Shown here: piece after piece, positions 46,680-54,537 of the stretch
Numbering within the stretch: position 1 is the first letter of the stretch
Layout of the letters: each line of letters begins with the position of its first letter
IMG/VR virus record: IMGVR_UViG_3300037851_000284
Span: 128,001-192,000 of that record
Origin: a virus
Taxonomy: Duplodnaviria > Caudoviricetes
DNA: 64,000 nucleotides
Strand: one strand, 5' to 3'
Program-made: the position numbers and the translations under genes
The notes under the pieces: model-generated
The model's database searches: none
What the model was told of the DNA's origin: nothing
What the model saw: only the letters and a program-made list of their open reading frames with translations

Positions 46680-49405
46680 TTAAGCATTAAAAGGCAAACT
46701 TTGTGCAAGTTGAGCCTGTTGTATGGCGGTTAAGTTATTCATCTGAGTAAGAACATCAGCCTTAACATTAATATTTCCGCCTAGTTGAGAAATAGGTCTC
46801 CATCCAAGTATTGCGCGAGCTACGAATGTCCAATTATGTTAGCTTAATATTACTATTAAGATCGGACTGTGTCTTCACCTTTTGTTTACAAGAATGGCAG
46901 ATTCTGCTTTTATCGTGCAATAGAGAATAAATATTATTACATATATCACACTTTCTTCTACCATAATTTTCTTGATTTCTATTTTTTAACCAATTTTCAA
47001 AAACTTCTTTTTTACGAGAAAGATAAAAAGCGTTATTATCATACATATACCAAAATATAGATAGGCTTTCTAAGTGACTATATTGTAATCTATAACATTC
47101 TTCGTGATTATAAATTTTAGGTATTATTCCAAGCTCTTCTTTTAGTATATTACCAAAAGATTGTAAATTTTCTTTTAATTTATTTACTATTTGAACCTGC
47201 AACCAAGACCCGCTTTTATCGTTTCTTAAACTTATACATCCGTCTCCATCAAAGTAACCCCTAGTAAAATACTTAAAATATTTCTTATCTATAGTAGGAA
47301 AAATATTCATGTATGTTTTATTAGGAATAATTCCTAAAGATAAAAAATTTTGTACTAAATTGTTTGATGTTTTTTGAATATAAAAATATTTATTTTCATA
47401 TTGTGAGACAGAAGTGTCTAATTTTAGAATTTTTTGAATCCATTCTATTAAATCCTTATCTTTTGATTGCCATCTTATTCTTAAAGTGGATTTATTATAA
47501 TCTACACAACCATCAGCATAAGTGTAACCAAGCAAATAATAGAAATCTTCTTTTGTGCAATTAAGGGTACTACATACAGTCTCTGAGGGGAGTTTACCGT
47601 CATTTTGACATTCTCTTCCCTGCGAATTATCCATTTGGATTTTCTCGCATATAGTAGTATTTTTCATTAAAAGTTTCCTTTTAAGCAGACAACGATTCTA
47701 TCTGAGTTTCACTGACAATGTCGTCGATCGATACTCCAGCTCCTTCATTAATTAACTCAACTCCTAGAAGATGCATAGCAGAAATATTACCATACTCATT
47801 CATAGAGGTTAGTGTAATTGTAAAGGGCGGAAGTTGATCGGAATAGTTTGCGATACTTTTTTGTGATCCAAGTGCTCCCAAACTATCTAGATGTTCTTTA
47901 TGTTCTTTTCCCAATAACAAACTTCTTCCACCAGCAGGAATATCTGTAGATTTAGCATAATACTTGTATCTATCAGACGGTCCAGAATTACTGGCGCTAT
48001 AGGTTCCTTGCATGATATCATACAAGGCATGTCTATCGAAGTTTGTAAAGATCAAGGATCCAGCATGGCCTCTTTTGCCTCTGCCAAACGAAACAGCGTC
48101 AACAGATCCTAATACATAAATTGGCATTTGTAAATTAACCTTTGTTAATTAACAATGGACTATACCATCACCCATTTCTGGGGTCCAGCGTTTAGTCTCT
48201 GCAAGCGAATCTGATTTCTCAGTCTTGCTCTCAGGCTCCTTGTTAGATGAACTAACAACTTGGCTGATTTGAGCTGGATTAATTTTTCCAGGAGTTTCCC
48301 CACTGGCAAGCGCCAACTTTCTCGTAAGATTAAAACAATTAGAATAATACATAAAATTAAAAATCTTTTTAATATCCTCTTTCGAAGAATATCTAATTCT
48401 ATAACAATTAACAGATCCTTTATTGTGAATAGATGGATTTTTTTTGCTACATCCGATCTTTTCCAATTTTTTTTCTAAATCACTTATAAAATTAATATTT
48501 CCAAGAAATTGATATGTCTTTTTTGAATTATCTTGATAAAAAGAACCGTCTCCATCAAAATAACCACGAATTAGATCACGTAAAAATTCTTCTGGAACTT
48601 CCGGTAATCTTGCTCTAGCACTTTTATTTGGAATGACTCCTTTTATAATTATATCATTTACCATTTTTTTATTATGGATATATAAAGCGCAAGAATTGCG
48701 TGTTTTTTTAATACAAATAGGATTTTCACAATCCATTAATTTCTTAATATTAAATAAATGATTATAATCTTTCATTGATAATTCACACGAAATTCTATTT
48801 AGATGTGGTTCCACGCATCCATCTGCAAGAAAAAAACCAATCACATAAGCTGATTCCTTTGTCCAATTTTCAAAAAAATTGAAATTAATATTATAATTTC
48901 CGCATTTTCTTTGATATCCCAATTTTCTTGCTTGAACTTTAATTGCTTCTCTTGTTCTATTTGGTAATAATTTCCAAATATTTGGGTTACAAGAATAATT
49001 ATCTTTAATAATTTTATTCTCTTTTGCAGTCCATAGTTCTCTAGAATCTAATTGTAATTTACTAGCCTTATGTCCTATTGCGTTATAAGACAAATTTAAT
49101 TTATTTGCTATTTCCTTATATGATAATTTATTATAATTATCTTTAAGAAAATCAATTTTATATTTATCCCATTTTCTTGGAGAACAATTTCGTGTTATTT
49201 TTTCCATATTATTCTAACTCTTTTAAAATTAATGAGTTATCGCTTTTTCTCTTGTAGTAGAGAAACTTATACCATTCAAATTTCCGATTAGAATACCGTC
49301 AATGGTAGCGACGATATCTGTACCAGCAGAGGAATTATAAGATTGTCTTATACCCTCGGTTGCAGCTTCAACTGTTTGATAGTTGGCTGGGTTATTACTA
49401 CCCAT
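46680..49405 (-). CDS. Tail tube protein, three exons (49405-49241, 48124-47700, 46830-46680; 741 nt, 246 aa)
   Basis: GGAGG RBS then ATG at 49405. The joined exons give ...TTREKA|PIYVLG... and ...IVSETQM|TFVARAILGW...LPFNA*, colinear with the paralog 45536..46633 and directly downstream of the sheath gene. Confidence 0.88.
46831..47699 (-). mobile_element. Group I intron 2 (869 nt) in the tail tube gene
   Basis: Canonical U|...G| boundaries. P1 CAGAU/GUCUG with U-G wobble; P2 UUAAAAG-GAAA-CUUUUAA; P3 UACUAC/GUAGUA; P4 UGCGAG/UUCGCA; P7 GAGACUG/CAGUC; P9 CUUAAUA-GUAA-UAUUAAG. Confidence 0.92.
46834..47667 (-). CDS. Intron-encoded LAGLIDADG homing endonuclease (277 aa) with a C-terminal Cys4 zinc-ribbon-like motif
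   Basis: YYLLGYTYADGCV and YFTRGYFDGDGCI; CDIC...CHSC at the C-terminus. Confidence 0.9.
   Translation of the reverse strand: MKNTTICEKIQMDNSQGRECQNDGKLPSETVCSTLNCTKEDFYYLLGYTYADGCVDYNKSTLRIRWQSKDKDLIEWIQKILKLDTSVSQYENKYFYIQKTSNNLVQNFLSLGIIPNKTYMNIFPTIDKKYFKYFTRGYFDGDGCISLRNDKSGSWLQVQIVNKLKENLQSFGNILKEELGIIPKIYNHEECYRLQYSHLESLSIFWYMYDNNAFYLSRKKEVFENWLKNRNQENYGRRKCDICNNIYSLLHDKSRICHSCKQKVKTQSDLNSNIKLT
48125..49240 (-). mobile_element. Group I intron 1 (1116 nt) in the tail tube gene
   Basis: IGS AAAGUUGGCGCUU (48320-48308) complementary to the ligated exons; P2 CCAGUGGG-GAAA-CUCCUGG; P3 UCCAGC/GCUGGA; P6 GCAAG/CUUGC; P7 GAGACUA/UAGUC; P9 UUGUU/AACAA; terminal G at 48125. Confidence 0.88.
48149..49207 (-). 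CDS. Intron-encoded LAGLIDADG homing endonuclease (352 aa) with N-terminal HTH-like repeats
   Basis: AYVIGFFLADGCV and LIRGYFDGDGSF; N-terminal W...E...I.DNY repeats. Confidence 0.9.
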   Translation of the reverse strand: MEKITRNCSPRKWDKYKIDFLKDNYNKLSYKEIANKLNLSYNAIGHKASKLQLDSRELWTAKENKIIKDNYSCNPNIWKLLPNRTREAIKVQARKLGYQRKCGNYNINFNFFENWTKESAYVIGFFLADGCVEPHLNRISCELSMKDYNHLFNIKKLMDCENPICIKKTRNSCALYIHNKKMVNDIIIKGVIPNKSARARLPEVPEEFLRDLIRGYFDGDGSFYQDNSKKTYQFLGNINFISDLEKKLEKIGCSKKNPSIHNKGSVNCYRIRYSSKEDIKKIFNFMYYSNCFNLTRKLALASGETPGKINPAQISQVVSSSNKEPESKTEKSDSLAETKRWTPEMGDGIVHC

Positions 49406-49428
49406 GGATTCCTCCAAGGTTAAAATAA

Positions 49429-49457
49429 TAGGCGAGGAGATATTTCTCCCCGCCTAG
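49429..49457 (-). terminator. Rho-independent terminator after the sheath gene
   Basis: Minus strand TAGGCGGGGAGA-AATA-TCTCCTCGCCTA followed by TTATTTT. Confidence 0.7.
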
Positions 49458-49472
49458 ATATCCAACTAGCGA

Positions 49473-52238
49473 TTATCTAGTTGGGAGATTCTTACGTAGT
49501 TTTACTGTGGTTCTAATCTTTTTAATCGTAAAGATAGGAACCAGTATTAAATCTACTTCTATGATTCCCAGTACTTGCTGGTTAGGAGTAGATGAGATGG
49601 AGAAATCAAAACCTCTAAGACCAGACATACTCATAAGAGTATTAGATATCAACTGTTCTAGAGATGCTCTGACTTCAACACTATTTGGCTGACCAATAAA
49701 GGTTTCTGCTATAGCATAAACTCTATCAGAAGCCGCAGCTGTAATACTATACGTACTCCAGTTTACGAAATCGCTTCCAATAGGCGCAGCAGTTACGTCC
49801 TCTATAATAACTGGGTCTTTACCAATCCTAGTTTTCATAGTTACGTATCTTGCCGCATTTAGCGCCTCGTACTGTGATGTACTCAACGAATATCTAAGAG
49901 CTTGAATACCGTTAATAGATTTATTCGTTGGAGATATATCATAAGGCATTGATGCTATCATACCAGCATAGGCAGCCTGACCATTAGCAACATAAGGACG
50001 ACCTCTACCGACATTCAAGAATACTGGTTCAAAAGCAGCAATAGATATAAATTTACTCTGGATTAGAGACATTATATTTGCGGTTCTGTTTGGATCTTTT
50101 AGGTCTTTAACAGTTGCTTTTGTTACCCATTTATCTTTATGGGCTTGAGTTACTTCGTCCATCGGTGTTACAGCTAGTATTGCGTGAGGCTGAATATTAT
50201 TTATAGATAGATCTTCCATAAAATCATTAAGATCTGAATAATAATCTGCTGGAATTGTTTCCTTTAGACCAGTAATAGGATTAAATCTTTCAGAGAGTTC
50301 ATCTATAAATGCGCTCATTGGTACCCATATATTAGCTCCATAGTTACGAAGTCTATCATAACATGTTACCAATTCTTCTTTACGTTGACGAGGAGTTAGA
50401 ACGTTTCCGTTAGTACCTCCACTCAGAGATTTGGCAGCAGTAGTAATATTTGGGAATGTTGGAAGATAAGTATACCTAAATCTTATATAGGTCTTTGCTG
50501 TGTTTGTAAGTACACCAGCATTAGGTCCAGGTAATAGTTTAGGGTCATCAAACATTATCTTTCCATTAGCGGCATCACTGACTGTTAAATTACTTCCAAG
50601 TTCATATTCTGTTCTTGTTCCATAATTTACTGTCATATTAAATGCTGGAGGAGTATTAAATATAATCTCCTGACCTCTTACAAAGTAATCACTTAATGTA
50701 GTAGATGATGTTAATGCGTTAAGATTTTCCTTCTCAGTTAAAAATCCTTTAACTGTATTAGCTGTGATTCTGACATAAACTCCTTCTCTAATAACGTTTC
50801 CTGAAGTTACTATGCTTTGCATAATAGGACTATTTGCAAAAGAATCCGGTCCAATTTTAAATATTGCCACACCAGATGTATATTCAGATAAATAAATACC
50901 TGATATACCATTATAAGGAAGACTCTGCCAGAAATCATTAGGATCATCTGTAAGACAGACTTGAACATCAATTTTACCAGAAGGTCTTACTGAAACTCCA
51001 TCGATAGTTCTAGTAGCGATACCAGAACAGGTAGCTCTAGCTCGTCCAGAGAAACTACTCGTTCCGTTTCCAGAATAGTTGGCATATGTAGTAGTAATTA
51101 AACCGCTTATATATTTATCAGCTATTCCACTATTAACTAATTCTTCGTTATCGCAAATACATAGAGGAACAGTTATTCTTAGCGAGTTTGTTGCTACACC
51201 AGCACTAAAATAACCACCAGATCTGGTAGGTCCGCCTTCACCAGTTCCACCATCCATAAAAGCAGCATTAAGATTATAAATATATTCAGATTTTACAGTT
51301 CCCGACGGGTCTTGTATATATTCTGAGTCGCTATTATAATCGTAAAGAGCTTGGATAGTGTTCCAGCAAGCGGGAGCCTTACCGTCTAGAGGCATGTGTT
51401 TTAGTTTATTTACAGCTTTACCAGCACATTGAATCTGTTCATATTCTGAAATACTTACCGATTCAACGGTGTCGATTTCTATAATATCATTAGCAGCAGA
51501 AGTAATTCCGCGAATAGGAGTAGGAATCATATAACCGGTAGTTGTTATATAACCATTAGCTATTAGTTCTCCTAGATCTACTTCAACGAATTCCGTGGTG
51601 TTTGTTACACCAGTACTATTACCACTTATACATACTTCATAGTCTGCTAGAAGTCCTGAATAGGTGGCCTTTAAAATAGTATTTAAATTTGAATCAGCAT
51701 TTATTGCGTCTACCAGTTCAGCAACATTATGTGCAACGACGTTAGGATTTGTTGGTTTTTCAGTATCAATACTAAATGTAGAAGTAGTTCCAGTTTTTGG
51801 ATTATAAATAGCAACATCTCTATTTTCATCATAACTGATACTAACACCATTATATATGGAACCAGGATTTAAAGCTTCTAGTTTCATAGAAGTAGTGTTT
51901 CCGCCATATTCGGTATCTTCACCGCTGCCAGTAGTTTCTTCTATTTCTAACTTAGCAGTTTCGCCATTACCAAGACGAACTCCTACCACTGTAGGGTGCC
52001 CACCTTGTACATCCCAACATTCGAAGATTCCACGAACTAGATCTCCAGCACCAAGCCTACCCCATACATATTCAGCATCTTCAGGTTTTTCAATCTGAAT
52101 AGGCTCGTACATAGGACCATCTTCAGCTGTTCCTAATATTACGACCCGCTTATTTCTTTGTATAGGATTGGGTGATACGTTGAGACCATAATCTTGGATA
52201 TATGTAGCTGGAGAAGGTAGATTAATTTCCTTAGCCAT
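49473..52238 (-). CDS. Contractile tail sheath protein with large insertion domains (921 aa)
   Basis: VVILGTAEDGPMYEPI...AEYVWG, LSGGTNG, SPTNKSI.G...L...QYEALNAARY, and FIGQPN...L...I...L..M...RGFDF...IEVDL.LVPIF.IKKI sheath motifs. Confidence 0.93.
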   Translation of the reverse strand: MAKEINLPSPATYIQDYGLNVSPNPIQRNKRVVILGTAEDGPMYEPIQIEKPEDAEYVWGRLGAGDLVRGIFECWDVQGGHPTVVGVRLGNGETAKLEIEETTGSGEDTEYGGNTTSMKLEALNPGSIYNGVSISYDENRDVAIYNPKTGTTSTFSIDTEKPTNPNVVAHNVAELVDAINADSNLNTILKATYSGLLADYEVCISGNSTGVTNTTEFVEVDLGELIANGYITTTGYMIPTPIRGITSAANDIIEIDTVESVSISEYEQIQCAGKAVNKLKHMPLDGKAPACWNTIQALYDYNSDSEYIQDPSGTVKSEYIYNLNAAFMDGGTGEGGPTRSGGYFSAGVATNSLRITVPLCICDNEELVNSGIADKYISGLITTTYANYSGNGTSSFSGRARATCSGIATRTIDGVSVRPSGKIDVQVCLTDDPNDFWQSLPYNGISGIYLSEYTSGVAIFKIGPDSFANSPIMQSIVTSGNVIREGVYVRITANTVKGFLTEKENLNALTSSTTLSDYFVRGQEIIFNTPPAFNMTVNYGTRTEYELGSNLTVSDAANGKIMFDDPKLLPGPNAGVLTNTAKTYIRFRYTYLPTFPNITTAAKSLSGGTNGNVLTPRQRKEELVTCYDRLRNYGANIWVPMSAFIDELSERFNPITGLKETIPADYYSDLNDFMEDLSINNIQPHAILAVTPMDEVTQAHKDKWVTKATVKDLKDPNRTANIMSLIQSKFISIAAFEPVFLNVGRGRPYVANGQAAYAGMIASMPYDISPTNKSINGIQALRYSLSTSQYEALNAARYVTMKTRIGKDPVIIEDVTAAPIGSDFVNWSTYSITAAASDRVYAIAETFIGQPNSVEVRASLEQLISNTLMSMSGLRGFDFSISSTPNQQVLGIIEVDLILVPIFTIKKIRTTVKLRKNLPTR

Positions 52239-52242
52239 TTAT

Positions 52243-53202
52243 TTATCCTCCGAGTTGGTTTCTTTGAATCCATTTTTTGATTAATTTATCATATTGGGAT
52301 TCTATATTAAAATCTGTAGAAACAATAGGTTCCTGCAGATTTTGAACATTAATATTTAATGTAATCTGTTTGATAGGTCCAATAAAAATTGGTCTAACTC
52401 TTTCGGTTCTTATATAGTATAGTACCGATCGGACATGATAATTATTCTTCATTTCCAATAGAGTATTATCCCTGACCCGTCTATCAAAGTACATATTAAC
52501 TATACCGGCCTCTCTAAACATACCAATATAGTTATCCATATACTCTTCTAGAAACCATTCGGTCAGTCTTTCGGCTTCATAGTTAGATTTACTCCATATA
52601 TTATATTGGACTAAATTATCAAATACTTGAGCTTTCATTTTCATATATCCGTATTTTTCGGATATATCTCTTATTAAGGTTTCGCTAACTCCTATAAGTC
52701 TTTTTCTTCCCTCGGAACCATAATAAGCAATAAACTCTCGGTGTCTACCTTTTAATTCTCTAGTTCCTCTAAAAGGATCATCTTGAGACACCGTTCCAGG
52801 TTCTTGTCTAACTACACCCCAAGTTATTGCGTTTTGGATAGTTAGAGGAGACGCCTTATATTCAGTTGGTCTATTTTTAGGTAATAAAAACTCAGGAAAA
52901 TCAGGGGAAAAGAATATACCTTTTTCTTGGATGCTTCTATCAATACTGAACCCTGATATTGAATAAACTGGAGTTATCGCATTTATTAAGTTGTTCTCGG
53001 TGCGACAAGGAGCCATTATTTCCAGTGATTTAGACATCATATCATGCATATCGCAGATAGTATTAATTTTACCAACTGAACGTAGTCTTGGTGGGTATTG
53101 GTTATATACCATCTCAAATTGAATAGGTTCAGTATTTGAGTTTTCCATTACAACAAATCTAAAATCTGGAGCAGCCTTAGATGGATTTGGAGAAACTATC
53201 AT
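52243..53202 (-). CDS. Putative tail terminator/neck protein (319 aa)
   Basis: Immediately upstream of the sheath; QVFDNLVQYNIWSKSNYEAERLTEWF pattern typical of tail-completion proteins. Confidence 0.55.
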   Translation of the reverse strand: MIVSPNPSKAAPDFRFVVMENSNTEPIQFEMVYNQYPPRLRSVGKINTICDMHDMMSKSLEIMAPCRTENNLINAITPVYSISGFSIDRSIQEKGIFFSPDFPEFLLPKNRPTEYKASPLTIQNAITWGVVRQEPGTVSQDDPFRGTRELKGRHREFIAYYGSEGRKRLIGVSETLIRDISEKYGYMKMKAQVFDNLVQYNIWSKSNYEAERLTEWFLEEYMDNYIGMFREAGIVNMYFDRRVRDNTLLEMKNNYHVRSVLYYIRTERVRPIFIGPIKQITLNINVQNLQEPIVSTDFNIESQYDKLIKKWIQRNQLGG

Positions 53203-53771
53203 TAATAACTCATTTCGTCATATTGGCAACTTGTTATGTAATACTGAACATTACCGTTCTCTAGACGGTAATCGTGTACTCTTTTAACTTGGTAGCGGTC
53301 TTTGTATAAAAGACTAGTATTTAAGGTTGGTGTTTTTGCGTGGTCGTCCCAGACTAACTCAAATATGTGGTCTCCAATAGCCGGAACCACAGTATATTCA
53401 AAATAATATATATATTTATCACTAATATCGAGACCAACTTTAGTAGGATCTAGAGGTAATCCAGACCTATCGGTCGGTAGCCTTCTTGTTCTTAATAGAG
53501 TATCAGTATATTTAAATGCTGGTCCTCCAACACCTTCTTGAGTTCTCTCGCTATATTGAAGGGATTTCTGAGACCTATCGTATCGTCTATATACAACCCA
53601 GTGGCCTTTAGGAACACGCATCGGAAAACTTTCTTTACCATATAATAACCAATGCATTTCTAAACGTAAATCAATTCCTTCGCCTTGGGTTGATACTTCT
53701 CTATATACAGAACCGGCAATATAATTATCGACTGTTTTTACATCAGTGCTAAGAGTAGGATACCAATTCAT
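53202..53771 (-). CDS. Putative head-closure/neck protein (189 aa)
   Basis: Neck position; YYFEYTVVPAIGDHIFEL...V..YRLENG..QYY pattern. Confidence 0.5.
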   Translation of the reverse strand: MNWYPTLSTDVKTVDNYIAGSVYREVSTQGEGIDLRLEMHWLLYGKESFPMRVPKGHWVVYRRYDRSQKSLQYSERTQEGVGGPAFKYTDTLLRTRRLPTDRSGLPLDPTKVGLDISDKYIYYFEYTVVPAIGDHIFELVWDDHAKTPTLNTSLLYKDRYQVKRVHDYRLENGNVQYYITSCQYDEMSY

Positions 53772-54502
53772 TAAATACCTCTATACCACCATGTTCCTGG
53801 AGTATAATTATTACCATAAGGTATCACGGGTCTAACAATTCTGTTATATGCGTCTTCCCTAACTGGATGAGCATAACCCTTTGATATATCATAATATGCC
53901 TTAACAGTAACAGACATATTTTTAAACATTCTCATTGATTCGTTCCAGCAAGTATATAAGTCGGATAATCTCTTAGGGTCTATATTATTAGACCCTCCGC
54001 CGCTACCTCCATACTTAATTGTCATATCACCAAGAGTTTTTAATTGATTAGCTGAGTCTCCAGACATCTGTTGTGTAACCCGCATAATAGATAATACATC
54101 ATAAGCAGTTTTACACTCAACATATCTTCTTATATTCTTAGGAACATCTTGCCAGTCACATCCCCAATAATCATAAGCTATATTTAATCCATTACTCATA
54201 TTATATAGATCAACTGCGTCTATTGAGTTTTTATGAATCATTCTCCAAATTGTATCATCTATTATACTTTCGGCTAATGGTCCGATTTGGAGTTTAATTC
54301 TATTCGCTGTGCTAAATTGTGGACAATATACGCTTGTGAACCAAAATTCATATGGTTCTTCCATAATATCTGTGGCTCCAGAAGGAGGTATAACTCCAGA
54401 TATTCCTTGGCTTAATAAAATAGTATATTGTCTATTATTTATAATATCTGTTGTAGGATAGATATATAAAACGTTCCCGCTAATAGCAGTTGTAAAATCC
54501 AT
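53771..54502 (-). CDS. Putative head-tail adaptor with an N-terminal half Ig-like (Big_5-type) segment (243 aa)
   Basis: N-terminal GNVLYIYPT..I.NNRQYTILLS.GI...YEFWFTS, then an adaptor-like helical region with KTLGDMTIKY. Confidence 0.55.
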   Translation of the reverse strand: MDFTTAISGNVLYIYPTTDIINNRQYTILLSQGISGVIPPSGATDIMEEPYEFWFTSVYCPQFSTANRIKLQIGPLAESIIDDTIWRMIHKNSIDAVDLYNMSNGLNIAYDYWGCDWQDVPKNIRRYVECKTAYDVLSIMRVTQQMSGDSANQLKTLGDMTIKYGGSGGGSNNIDPKRLSDLYTCWNESMRMFKNMSVTVKAYYDISKGYAHPVREDAYNRIVRPVIPYGNNYTPGTWWYRGI

Positions 54503-54521
54503 GTAAATTCTCCGTTTTTAA

Positions 54522-54530
54522 TTAGTATAG
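54522..54530 (-). promoter_or_regulatory. Candidate late promoter motif CTATACTAA
   Basis: Intergenic, upstream of a GGAG RBS and the ATG at 54502; identical to 43224-43232. Confidence 0.4.
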
Positions 54531-54537
54531 TGTTAAA

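Noticed and set aside
49205-49240. Local hairpin TAACTC/GAGTTA as P1 of intron 1
   Set aside because: It cannot pair with the 5' exon and gives no in-frame junction. The distal IGS at 48308-48320 explains both exon pairings, and the local hairpin more likely affects endonuclease translation.
47681-49417. 49229..49417 and 47681..48127 as independent small genes
   Set aside because: They are exons 1 and 2 of the tail tube gene plus read-in to intron sequence; the junctions restore colinearity with the paralog.
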